From contig NC_091984.1 in assembly GCF_044704955.1 (NCBI RefSeq), positions 147,746,001-147,810,000 of the forward strand: 64,000 nt of DNA. The letters are read 5' to 3'. Each line of letters opens with the position of its first letter. Position 1 is the first letter of the stretch. Below the pieces are notes generated by a model that saw nothing but the letters and a program-made list of their open reading frames with translations, was not told the DNA's origin and made no database searches. The position numbers and the translations under genes are program-made. The stretch comes from Pristiophorus japonicus (taxonomy: Eukaryota). Of the stretch, positions 48,903 to 61,558 are shown piece by piece.

Positions 48903-51900
48903 CTCGGGCTTAGTGTTCAGACAGCAGCCAGGGATCGAAGGGTTCAATAGATTGAAGCTCTCTCCTCGTTGCTCTCTCAGGCACAAATGCACAGTCGTAG
49001 CACTTTGCTGTGATTGGTCCACCCCTGCGGTTTCTGTGTTGCCATGGTTTCCATTGTGAGGCCAGGGGACATGAGCCCTCAGTGGTGATGTGTCCCGCGG
49101 GGGTCATGTGCCCATATAAGTCCTGCCTGCTGTGTGTGTCAGTTTAAGGTGAGTGTTGGGGATGAAGGGCCAGACCTGAGATACAGGCGAGACGGACAAG
49201 GCAACATTCACATCCCTGGGCAGCCATGTTGGATTGAGCAGCTGTTTCTTCCTAATAGACAACCCTCCACACCACAGACTCTCAAAGTCCTTGTGGCAAA
49301 AGGTGTAGAAATGGGAGTGTCCCACAGACATTTCCAACAGCATTGACCCAAATTGGGATTTTCATGTGTCGGGGATTGAAACTGTTTAATGACGTCATGA
49401 GGAAGTAGTTGTGACATCAGAGCATTTTGTTGTGACATCAGAGCGGTCCATTGTGACATGTGTTCCAGTCTTCGCCCCTTTAAAATGGCCGTTTATTGCC
49501 GACCAGCCCAGGTTTCTCCCCCACATATCCTCCCTGCTTTCCTCCTTTGGCCTCGAGAGAGAAATCTCAGATCACACACAGATCGGGAGAACTTTATCCG
49601 GGAACATAGCGGCACACTTGTATAAACACACTTCAGCAAGGCTTCATGTTGGGTGTCGGTGTAGACGCTTCTAGATTGCATTTAAAAGCTTGCTGCTCAG
49701 CACGGGGGTGAGGTCAAGGGTGAGGCTACAATTAGCCTCAGTGTACCGGGGTCAGGCAGGGTCACTGCTCCCAATGATCCCGTGACCTCCTGGAAGGTCA
49801 GAGTGCGTGGACAATGGGCGAGGGTCAGGATCAGGGACCTCTCACTTCAATGAAAGAAAGCCTTGAATTTATATAGCACCTTTCACAACCTCAGGACGTC
49901 CCAAGGTGCTTTACAACCAATTGCACACAGGAAGGTTTACGAGGATGTTGCGAAGACTGGAAAATTTTAGCTATGAGGAAAGATTGGATAGGCTGGGTTT
50001 GTTTTCTTTGGCACAGAGGAGGCTGAGGGGAGATTTAATTGAGGTGTATAAAATTATAAAGGGCCTAGATAGAGTGGATTGGATGGACCTATTTTCCTCA
50101 GCAGACTGGTCAACAACCAGGGCATAGATTTAAAGTAATTGGTGGGAGGTTTAGAGGGGATTTGAGGGGAAATGTCTTCACCCAGAGGGTGGTGGGGGTC
50201 TGGAACTCACTGCCTAAAAGGGTGGTAGAGGCAGAAACCCTTAGCACATTTAAGAAATACTTGGATGTACACTTGAAATGCCGTAACCCACAGGGCTACG
50301 GACCCAGAGCTGGAAAGTGGGATTAGGCTGGATAGATCTTTGTCCGCGGCGTGGACACGATGGGCCGAATGGCCTCCTTTCATGCTGTAAATTTCTCTGA
50401 TTCTACGAAGCTCCAGACTGCAATGAGATCATGACCAGATCATCGGTTTTAACTATGTTAGTTGTGGGATAAATATTGGCCAGGACACTGGGAAGAATCC
50501 CCTTGTCCTTCCAATCATGATTATATGAGCTTTCATGCCCACCTGAGTTAAATTTAGCGTAGTTATGTAAAAGGACAAAGACAGAGCAGGAATAAAGGTT
50601 CTCAATTGCAGAAAGGCCCATTTTACTAAACTGAGAGGTGATTTAGCAAAAGTGGGCTGGAAACAGCTACTTGAAGGTAAATCAGTGTCAGAGCAGTGGG
50701 AGGTATTCAAGGGGAAGATAGTTAGGGTTCAGAGCAAGTATGTTCCCACAAACGAAAAGGGTGGCACTCCCAAATCTAGAGCCCCCTGGATGGCAAAGGG
50801 CATACAGGGTAGGATAAGGCAAAAAAGGGAAGCTTATGTCAGATAGCCAGAGCTAAATACTACAGAAAGCCCAGAGGCATATAGGAAGTGCAGGGGTGAA
50901 ATTAAAAAGGAAACTAGGAATACAAAAAAAGGGCATGAAAAAATATTTGCAAGTAAAATCAAGGAAAACCCGAAGATGCTTTGTAAATACATAAAGAGCA
51001 AGAGGATAACTAAGGAAAGAGTTGGGCCGATTGGAGACCAAAAAGGTAACCTGTGTGTGAAGGTGGAAGATGTGGGTATGGTTGTAAGTGAATACTTTGC
51101 ATTTGTCTTCACAGAAGAGAGGCACGATGCAGGCATTGTAATTAAGGAGAAGTATGAAATATTAGATGTGATAAACATAGTGAGAGAGGAAGCATTAAGG
51201 GGTTTAGCTTCTTGGAAAGTGGATAAATCTCCAGGCCCAGTTGAAATATATCCCAAGCTTTTAAGAGAAGCAAGGGAGGAAATAGCGGAGGTTCTGACCA
51301 TCATTTTCCAATCATCCCTGGCTACAGGTGTAGTGTTGGAGGACTGGAGGACTGCTAACGTGGTACCTTTGTTTAAAAAGTGAGAAAGGGATAGACCAAG
51401 TAATTACAGGCCAGTCAGCCTAACCTCGGTGGTGGGAAAATTATTGGAAACAAATCTGAGGGAGAGGATAAATTGTCATATAGAAAGGGACGGATTAATC
51501 AGGGACAGTCAGCATGGATTTGTTAGTGGAAGGTTGCGCCTGACTAACTTGATGAATTTTTTGCGGAGATAACAAGGAGGGTCGATGAATGTTGCACCTT
51601 TGATGTTGTCGACATGGATTTTTGCAAGGCATTTGGTAAAGTCTCACATGGCAGAAAAGTTAAAAGCCCAGGGATCCAAGGGAAAGTGGCAAGTGGGATC
51701 CAAAATTGGCTGAGTGGCAGTCTCTCACTCTGTCTCCGTCTCTCGCTCTCCCTTCCCCACAGACTCCCAGGTGCAGCACACTGAAATGCAGAGTAAACCT
51801 CCCTGTGCCCTGCCCCACCAATGGATGTTAACCCTTGACCCCAGAGCATGCCTTCTCCTGGAGTAAGGCCCCATTCCCACAGTGGCCATCCCTTTGCCTC

Positions 51901-52779
51901 TCTCAATACACTGGCTGTTTATTGCCCAATTAAGGGCCGTTCTGTGCTGTGGGCCTATTCTCAGTGGGGACCGGTTTGGACAGAAAGCTCATTTCATGAA
52001 GGCTCAACAGAGGGAGGAGATCCTCACCCCATCAGTGTGAGCTGGAGCGACAGGACAGGGTCTGACCCACTGCCCCATCCTGTCTGCTCAGAACATCTTC
52101 GAATCCCTTCCCCTCTCCTTTCCCTTCCATGGCCCGGCTCCAGGTCAGGGTATGCCAATGATCCAAAATTTGCACCAGGAAGGGTCCGCACTCCACGTCG
52201 ACCATGGACTCCATATCCCACTGGTCCTCCAATCGAGCCCAGGCAACATGTTTCCTTCCTATTGGTTCCCCAGTAGGGACCAGGAAACATGGCTCCTTCC
52301 TATTGGTCCCGCAATAGGGACCAGGCAACATTGCTCCTTCCTATTGGACCACACTGACCTACTGCCCCTGACATCCCTGCCCTCAGAGTCTGTGTTGAGG
52401 GTGAGGTGCCCTGCGGTCAGTTATCCTGTTGGCAAGCATCTTGAGAATGTTGGCACGTTAAAGGCACCAGATCAATGCAGATTGTGTGTGGATTTCGGGT
52501 GTTGATAGTGCTGGACACAGTGGTGAGGCAGTCGGATATCCTGCTGAGAGAGTTCAGGCTTACACACGTGGAATGGGGAAGTGGGTGAGGTTGGAACGTG
52601 CTGTCAGGGCCCATGGAACTGGACCCCAGCATGAAGCCTTCCTCAGGAGAGGAGAGGGAATGTTCAGAGCCCTGGGCTCCATGTTCCACACCAGGCATTT
52701 CCTGTCCCAGTGAATGAATGAGATGCCAATTTTGTGCCCAGGTTAGGGGCAGTCTAGTGCTGTGGAAAACTAGATTTAA

Positions 52780-55150
52780 GTAATGCCCCTCTTTAGAAAA
52801 GAAGGCAATCAAAAAGCAGGAAACTATAGACCAGTTAGGCTAACATCTGTAGTTGGGAAAATGTTGGAGTCCATTATTAAAGAAGCAGCAGCAGGAGATT
52901 TGGGAAAGCATAATTCAGTCAGGCAGAGTCAGCATGGATTTATGAAGGGGAAGTCATGCTTGACAAATTTGTTGGAATTCTTCGAGGTTGTAAAGAACAG
53001 GGTGGATAAAGGGGAACCAGTGGGTGTGGTGTATTTGGACTTCCAGAAGGCATTTGACAAGGTGCCACATAAAAGGTTACTGCGCAAGATAAAAGTTCAT
53101 GGGGTTGGGGGTAATATATTAGTATGGTTAGAGGATTGGCTAACTAACAGAAAACAGAGAGTCGGGATAAATGGTTCATTCTCAGGTTGGCAATCAGGAA
53201 CTAGTGGGGTGCCATAGGGATCAGTGCTGGGACCTCAATATTTACAATCTATATTAACGACTTGGATGAAGGGACTGAGTGTAATGTAGCCAAATTTGCT
53301 GATGATACAAAGATGGGAGGAAAAGCAATGTGTGAGGAGCACACACAAAATCTGCAAAAAGACATAGACGAGCTAAGTGAGTGGGCAAACATTTGGTAGG
53401 TGGTGTATAATGTTGGAAAGTGTGAGGTTATGCCCTTTGCCACAAATAATCATTGAGCAAGTTATTATTTAAATGGAAACAAATTACCAAGTGCTTCAGT
53501 ACAGCAGGACCTGGGGGTCCTGGTGCATGAAGAACAACAGGATAGTATGCAGGTACAGCAATTGATCAGGAAGACAAATGGAATCTTGGCCTTTATTGCA
53601 AAGGGGATGGAGTATAAAAGCAGGGAAGTCTTGATACAATTATACAGGGTATTGGTGAGGCCACACCTGGAAAACTGCATACAGTTTTGCTTTCCATATT
53701 TACGAAAGGATAAACTTTCAAGCAGTTCAGAGAAGGTTCATAGAAACATACAAACAAAGAAAATAGGTGCTGGAGTAGGCCATTCGGCCCTTCGAGCCTG
53801 CACCACCATTCAATATGATCATGGCTGATCATGCAACTTCAGTACCCCATTCCTGCTTTCTCTCTATACCCCTTGATCCCTTTAGCTATAAGGGCCATAT
53901 CTAACTCCCTTTTGAATATATCTAACAAAGTGGCCTCAACAACTTTCTGTGGCAGAAAATTCCACATGCTCACAACTCTCTGACTGAAGAAGTTTCTCCT
54001 CATCTCGGTTCTAAATGGCTTACCCCTTATCCTCAGACTGTGATCCCTGGTTCTGGACTTCCCCAACATCGCAAACATTCTTCCTGCATCTAATCTGTCC
54101 AATCCCGGCAGAATTTTATATGTTTCTATGAGATCCCCACTCATTCTCCTAAATTTAATTGAATATAAGCCTAGTCGATCCAGTCTTTCTTCATTTGTCA
54201 TTCCTGTCATCCCGGGAATCAGTCTGGTGAACCTTCGCTGCACTCACTCAATAGCAAGAACGTCCTTTAGGAGACCAAAACTGTACACAATATTCAAGGT
54301 GTGGCCTCATCAAGGCCCTGTACAACTGTAGTAAGGCTTCCCTGCTCCTATACTCAAATCCTCTCGCTATGAAGGCCAACATGCCATTTGCCTTCTTCAC
54401 CACCTGCTGTACCAGATGTGTCATTGAGCAAGAGGCGCTTCAGGTGCCTGGACAGGTATGGAGGCGCACTTCACCACTCACCAGCGAGGATGTACAGGAT
54501 AATCGTGGTGTGCTGCATTGTGAAAAACATAGCACAGCAATGAGGACTATTTGTGCAGGAGGAACCAGTGGCTCAGCACTCCTCATCTGATCTGCATTCC
54601 AATGAAGTGGAGGAGGACAAGGAGCAGGAAGAGAAAGAAGAAGCCGCCAAAGTCACCACTGGGATGATTCCGGGGATGAGGGGGTTGACTTATGAGGAAG
54701 GTTGAGTCAGTTGTGCCCTTGCTCATTGGAATTTCGAAGAATGAGAGGTGATCTTATCGAAACGTATAAGGTTATGAGGGGGCTCGACAAGGTGGTTGCA
54801 GAGAGGATGTTTCCACTGATAGGAGAGATGAGAACGAGGGGGCATGATCTTAGAATAAGGGGCCACTCATTTAAAACTGAGATGAGGAGGAATTTTTCCT
54901 CTCAGAGGGTTGTGAATCTGTGGAATTCGCTGCCTCAGAGACCTGTGGAAGCTGGGTCATTGAATAAATTTAAGACAGCGATCGACAGTTTCTTAACCGA
55001 TAAGGGAATAAGGGGTTATGGGGAGCGGGCACGGAAGTGGAGCTGAGTCCATGATCGGATCACCCATGATCTTATTAAATGGTGGAGCAGGCTCGAGGGG
55101 CCATATGGTCTCCTCCTGCTCCTATTTCTTATGTTCAATATGTTCTTAAA
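52780..55150. mobile_element. CR1 mosaic inserted in the relic cluster
   Basis: RT motifs on + (52783-53740, 54660-55150) and - (53740-54410). Confidence 0.85.
54414..54650 (+). mobile_element. Harbinger/PIF transposase C-terminal fragment
   Basis: RCVIEQ, then in another frame RRFRCLDRYGGALHHSPARMYRIIVVCCIVKNIA followed by an acidic stretch. Confidence 0.75.
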
Positions 55151-55729
55151 GTGAGGAGGAGTGGGACTAAATGGGTAATTCTTTCAAAGAGCCGGCACAG
55201 GCACGATGGGCCGAATGGCCTCTTTCTGTGTTGTAAGATTCTCGGCTGTGAACGCGGTTCACAGTTTTCTCCCGTGTCATTAACAAACGTACAGCTGTGA
55301 CAACCTCCCTCTTTCACTTCCTCTGTGGGTGAAGTTTCATTCTTCTGATCTGACAATCTCTTCAGTTATTTTTTGCACGGGAGATTTCTGCTGTGGTCTG
55401 TGTCTCTAATAATAACCGTCCAATCAGGCAGAATAACAGCAGCTCGGACCGGCTCGGACAGCGGACCCAGGCTCAGTGCTGACCCTGCAACGTCCTCCTC
55501 ACCAACATCTGGGGACTTGTGCCAAAAGTGGGAGAGCTTCCCCACAGACTAGTCAAGCACCAGCCTGACATAGTCCTACTCACAGAATCAGATCTTTCAG
55601 CCAATGTCCCACAGCCCACCCCTCACACCGCACCCCCCCACCTCCCGAATCCCGTGAAAAATAAACAGGAACCCTTTTGAAGAGGAGTCTGTTCTGAGAT
55701 TCTGGGTGTGAGGTATTCTGTGCTGAGAA

Positions 55730-58700
55730 AACAATCACTATCACTACAGAAAAAGTACTTGGTAAAATAATGGAACTAAAGGTGGACAAATCCCCTGGAC
55801 CTGATGGCCTGCATCGTACGGTCTTAAATGAAGTTGCTGCAGAGATAGTGGATGCATTGGTTGCAATCTACCAAAGTTCCCTGGATTCTGGAAAGGTCCG
55901 AGCGGATTGGAAAACTGCAAATATAACGCCCCTATTTAAAAAAGGAGGGAGACAGAAAGCAGCAAACTATAGACCAATTAGCCCAACATCTGTGGTTGGG
56001 AAAATGCTGGAGTCTATTATTAAGGAAGCAGTAGCAGGACATTTGGAAAAGCATCATTCAATCAAGCAGAGTTAGCATGGTTTTATGAAGGGAAAGTCAT
56101 GTTGACACATTTGCTGGAGTTCTTTAAGGATGTAACGAACAGGTTGGAAAAGGGGGAACCAATGGTTGTGGTGCATTTGAATTTCCAGAAGGCATTCAAT
56201 AAGCTAACACAAAAGATTACTGCGCAAGATAAGTTGGCTCCTCGAGCCTGCTCCGCCATTAAATAAGATCATGGCTGATCTGATCATGGTGTCAGCTTTA
56301 CTTCCCTGCCCGCTCTCCATAACCCTATATTCCCTTATCGCTCAAAACTCTGTCGATCTCCGCCTTAAATATATTCAATCACCCAGCCTCCACAGCTCCC
56401 TGGGGCAGAGAATTCCATAGATTTACAACCATCTGAGAGAAGAAATTCCTCCTCATCTCAGTTTTAAATGGGCGGCCCCTTATTCTGAGACTATGCCCCC
56501 TAGTTTTAGTTTCCCCTATGAGTGGAAATATCCTCTCTGCATCCATCTTGCCGAGCCCCCTCATTGTCTTGTATCTTTCAATAAGATCACCTTTCATTCT
56601 TCTGAACTCCAATGAGTATAGGCCCAACCTACTCAACCTATCTTCATACGTCAACTTCTCATCCCTAATTGCCCTTGAGAAGATGATGGCGAGCCGCCTT
56701 CTTGATCCGCTGCAGTCCCAAAGTGCTGTTATTGAGGGATATCACTCCAGTGTGTGGGTTTATCACTCCATTGGAGGCACTGAGGCCGATGAACACCTTA
56801 AACCAGAGGCAATCGTATTGGAGGGCAACCATTAGAAAAGGAAGATTGAGGTTGTAATTAAAGAATATCATAAATGAAGGAACTTTTAAAAAAATAGATC
56901 ACACAAGAATAGAGATGATGATTTGTCCAGCCTGGAAAACGAGGATATCATTGCAAAGAGTGTGGAAAAATGGTCACGTCAAATATTACAAGATTCAGTC
57001 CCCATGGAGGAGTGGGACACAATTCTCTGCGACTTAGAATACCTTCTTTCCGATATCTCGGATACGCTGTTCACCATGATGCAGCAGACAAAGCCATGGC
57101 CAAATGCAGGCCGGGGCCATTAGAGGGAGCAGCACCTGCTGATGCACTGTGGGCAGGTACAGCAGGAATGGCAATGTCAGGACGAAGGAGCGGCAATAGT
57201 TTGTAGAATGATGTGATCGGTGCCCAGGAGAGGCGAGGGCCCAGGGACAGCACGGGCCAGCCCACATTGTTATATGTGTGTGCACTAGGTCCATGCAGCA
57301 GAGCTGGTCTCTGGTCGTCTTGGTTAATCCTTGCCACTAGACCAAGACCTAGCTCTTGCACATCAGCCACTACACGGGCTTGAAACGGCCACCACACGTT
57401 AAAAAAAGTCCACAGAAATCTTCCACCCTTCAGGATATAGTTCGGGATCCGAAATAGCAATGAAATACCTGTGAACTCATCCCTTTTCGGCATGGAAGCA
57501 AGTCATCCTCATTTCGAGGGACTGCCTATGATGATGACATTGAAGAAGTTCCATGATTTTGACCTCGTGACGATGAAGGAACAGAATATACGTTTCCAAG
57601 TCTGGATGGTGTGTGACTTGGAGGGGAACTTGGAGGGGAACTTGTAGGTGATGGTGTTCCCATGCGCCGGCAGCACTTGTCATTCTAAGTGGTAGAGGTC
57701 GTGGGTTTGAGAGGTGCTGCCGAAGAAGCCTTGGCCAGTTGCTACAGTGCATCGTGTACATCGTACACACTGCAGCCACGGTGCGCCGGCGGTGGAGGGA
57801 GTGAATGTTTAAGGTGGTGGTGCCAATCAAGTGGGCTGCTTTGTCCTGGATGGTGTCGAGTATCTTGAGAATTGTTGGAGCTGCCCTCAGCCAGGCAAGT
57901 GGAGAGGTTCCATCACACTCCTGACTTGTGCCTTGTAGATGGTGGAAAGGCTTTGGGGAGTCAGGAGATGAGACACTCGCCACAGAATACCCAGCCTCTG
58001 ACCTGCTCTTGTTGCCACAGTATTTATGTGGCTGGTCCAGTTAAGTTTCTGGTCAATGGTGACCCCCAGGATGTAGGTGGTGGGAGGTTTGGCGATGGTA
58101 ATGCCGTTGAATGTCAAGGGGCAGTGGTTAGATTCTCTCTTGTTGGGAGAATGCTCATTGCCTGACACTTGTTTGGTGTGAATGTTACTTGCCACTTATC
58201 AGCCCAAGCCTGAATGTCGTCCAGGTTTTGCTGCATGTGGGCATGTGCCAGTTCATTGGATATATTCAAGAGGGAGTTAGATATGGCCCTTACGGCTAAG
58301 GGGATCAAGGGATATGGAGAGAAAGCAGGAAAGGGGTACTGAGGGAATGATCAGCCATGATCTTATTGAATGGTGGTGCAGGCTTGAAGGGCCAAATGGC
58401 CTACCCCTGCACCTATTTTCTATGTTTCTATGCTTCATTATCTGAGGAATATTAATTAAGGAAAGCCAACATAGATTTGTTGAAGGTAAATTGTGTTTAG
58501 CCAATTTGATTGAGTTTTTTGATGAGGTAACAGAGAGGGTTGATGAGGATAATGCGGTTGACGTATTCCAAAAGACATTTGATAAATTGCCACATAATAG
58601 GCTTGCCAGCAAATTTGGAGCCCATGGAATGGGGAATGGTAGCATAGTGGTAATGCTACTAAACTCATAATCCAGAGATCTGAACCAATGATCCACAGAC

Positions 58701-59342
58701 ATGAGTTCAAATCCCATCACATCAGCTGGGAAATTTAGATTTAGTTAATTCAATAAATCTGGAATAAAAAAGCTAGTGTTAGTAATGGTGACCATAGAAA
58801 CATAGAAAATAGGTGCAGGAGTCGGCCATTCGGCCCTTCGAGCCTGCACCGCCATTCAATAAGATCATGGCTGATCATTCCTTCAGTACCCCTTTCCTGC
58901 TTTCTCTCCATACCCCTTGATCCCTTTAGCCGTAAGGGCCATATCTAACTCCCTCTTGAATATATCCAGTGAACTGGCATCAACAACTCTCTGTGGCAGG
59001 AAATTCCACAGGTTAACAACTCTCTGAGTGAAGATGTTTCTCGTCATCTCAGTCCTAAATGGCCGACCCCTTATCCTAAGACTATGTCCCCTGGTTTTGG
59101 ACTTCCCCAACATCGGGAACATTCTTCCCACATCTATCCTGTCCAGTCCCGTCAGAATCTTATATGTTTCTATGAGATCCTCTCTCATCCTTCTAAACTC
59201 CAGTGAATAAAGGCCCAGTTGAGCCAGTCTCTCCTCATATGAGAGCCCAGCCATCCCTGGAATCAGTCTGGTGAACCTTCGCTGCACTCACTCAATAGCA
59301 AGAACGTCCTTCTTCAGACTAGATGACCAAAAATGAACTCAA
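55730..59342. mobile_element. CR1 and other LINE fragments (55730-56660, 57535-58250, 58250-59342)
   Basis: KSPGPDG, ILGVTIDQKLNWTSH, RRMREDLIE motifs; 56720-57210 is not assigned. Confidence 0.8.
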
Positions 59343-59346
59343 GATT

Positions 59347-59707
59347 TGATAGAGAATTCAAACTGGCTGCATTCAGACAGGCTGTGAAAATTCACAGACA
59401 CCAAGTCAGAGCTGCTATGTGAGTGGGAGCATGTTGCATTAAGTCATCAATCAACTTGACATTTTAGGATTTTGGGTAGCGAGCCAATTAAAAGGTTAAA
59501 AGACTATAAATTAAGCCAATAAGGTCAAAGAAGGCGAGTTCTTTTCTGTAACTTGATCCAGGTATAAGTACAGCGATTTTGACCATGTGATATCAGAAGG
59601 ACAAAGACCTGGCTTAAAGCCAAGAGCTTCTTACTGCTGCCAAAAATAAAGTGACATTAAAACTATAATCGGAGTTCGTATTTCATTGGAAATTAAGAGA
59701 TCTAACA
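59347..59707 (+). mobile_element. ERV 5' LTR
   Basis: TGATAGA...TCTAACA inverted termini, CCAAT 59484 and 59516, TATAAG 59563, AATAAA 59645, PBS directly 3'. Confidence 0.8.
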
Positions 59708-59711
59708 ATTT

Positions 59712-59729
59712 TGGCGTCACGAACACGAT
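59712..59729 (+). other. Primer binding site, tRNA-Ser(CGA)-type
   Basis: TGGCGTCACGAACACGAT; from memory, one mismatch to the complement of a vertebrate tRNA-Ser(CGA) 3' end (TGGCGTCACGAACAGGAT). Confidence 0.75.
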
Positions 59730-59995
59730 CGCTGAGGGAAGAAACTGAATTTTGGACATCGGACCTACATACTGAGGTAAGGACTCTTCTTTATAAAAAT
59801 CCTCAGTCAAAAGTCTAAATTTGCCTCTCCTTCTTCGTGATTCCAAAAGCCTCCGGTTTGCGAACCCTCCAGTTGGTAGTCGGTTTGAGGTCCCATAGAC
59901 GTCTAAACTTCGGCGGTGTGTTAGTTAATTAATCACCGACCTATTGATCGGCTAGAAAGCCTACGACTCGAGACTCCAGTAAAAAAATCAGTATT

Positions 59996-61558
59996 ATGGC
60001 AGCAGGAGATAAGAGCAAAGAATTGCCTACAACTGTTAAAGGTGAGCAGGCACCACCTGAGGTTTCGCTAGATGAAATTCTCGAACAGTTGAAAGAATAC
60101 ATAGAGCAACAATTCAATTTATCTAAAACCTATATTAAGATCGAACAAAAGTACGGAACCTCCAAAGGACAATGGTCCTTGGACGAGATTAAGAAGGTCT
60201 GGGGAAAAACGACCCGTGTGAAAAATAAAGAGCAAACTAGATGGTCCCTAGCCATTATGAGAACGATCCGAAACTGGAATGAAATTATAATGCGTTCCCA
60301 ACCTGATCGAGAACTGACCAGTACAAAGGATCAATTGCAAGCTGTTTGTGCACAGCTGCGACAGAAAAAGCTTGAACTTGAAAAGCTGGAAGCGGAAGTT
60401 AAAGATCTTAAAGGTGAAATTACAGAATGGAAAAAATCATTCGGTCAAGAGACAGTAATAGGAAAAGGAAAATGTATTGGTCAATTCCCAGGGTACCCAT
60501 GTTTGGATAAATTAAAAGCGCAAACCCCAAGACACGACCGAGGAATAGATACGAATTCTGAATCCTCTGACGATACAGGGTCGGAGGATGAAGAATTAGG
60601 GGTGCACTTTGCCCCATTTAAAAAAAGACGAGTTGTTAGTCAAATCAGAAGAGACTGCGGATGAGGGCGGAACCAAAAAAATGAGGAAAAGGATGTACGA
60701 AAAATACTTGGTTCATGATACGGCAGACCCAGAGAAAATTGATAAATGGTCCAAGGAATTGGCCAATCCAAAGAAAGGGGGAGTGAAAACGTGGGACCAA
60801 TTGGACCGCTTAAGAAATATATATCAACTTCATCCCTGAGACGGAGTACAAATTTTGACCATAATGGTGCCAAAAACACAGGGAAGAAAATTGCACGACA
60901 AGATAGAAGAAGCTTTGGGGCAGGATGAGCAAGGATTAGACACAGGGTGGGAGGTGATTAAACACTGGCTGCAAGCCTTCAGTCCAGCTAAGACAGACTG
61001 GGGAAAAATTGCAGCCTGCCAACAGAAAGGAACAGAGGAGGTCCTGGAGTATGACGAGCGGTTTAGATGCACGTGGCTAGAACATTCAGGTATGAATAAT
61101 ACAGATGAGGAAATGGATGAACAAGTGTTTGGACCCCTGAAAGCAGCTTTCGTGGCAGGTCAAAAGCCAGAACTGTCCAAAATGCTTAAGGTAGTGTTAC
61201 CGGACTGGGAAGGTAGAGGAACTACCTTTGCAGCATTGGTGGATCGATGCAACCAATTAGATCGGGATATGGGAGCTAAAGTCCGAGCTGTACAGGCTAT
61301 GGGATGGAAATCCCAGGATTCCGATAAACAGTCATTCGGAAAATTACCCGGAAAATGTCATTATTGTGGGAAAGAAGGTCACTGGGCCAAGACGTGCAGG
61401 ACAAAACAGAAAGATCGTGGCTGGGGAAGAGGACGCAGCCAGGGATACATTCAGCCAAGAAACCAGGCTTGTCACAAGCTAACGACCTCATAGAAGCATT
61501 TAAGCGACTGACAATACAACAACAGAAGGAGTTACTTGGGATAGCAAAAAACGATTAG
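59996..61558 (+). pseudogene. gag: ERV gag (frameshifts near 60650 and 61460, in-frame TGA 60837)
   Basis: MHR-like QQKGTEEVLEYDERF; CCHC knuckle CHYCGKEGHWAKTC; position after PBS. Confidence 0.88.

Larger units (their letters stand above)
49558..55610 (-). pseudogene. Inverted relic of a light-chain cluster lacking promoter, L, V, J and C
   Basis: Reverse-complement, colinear matches to 9880-10304, 10381-10700, about 14045-14065, about 16190-16780, 26855-28020 and 28460-29442. Confidence 0.8.

Noticed and set aside
49011-49050. MHC S-X-Y module
   Set aside because: CCAAT orientation relative to the X-like box is opposite to MHC promoters and there is no X2 site
40430-49558. Second C, J or V exon belonging to the duplicated units
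   Set aside because: No FGxG, WYQQ/DYYC or C1-set motifs seen on either strand
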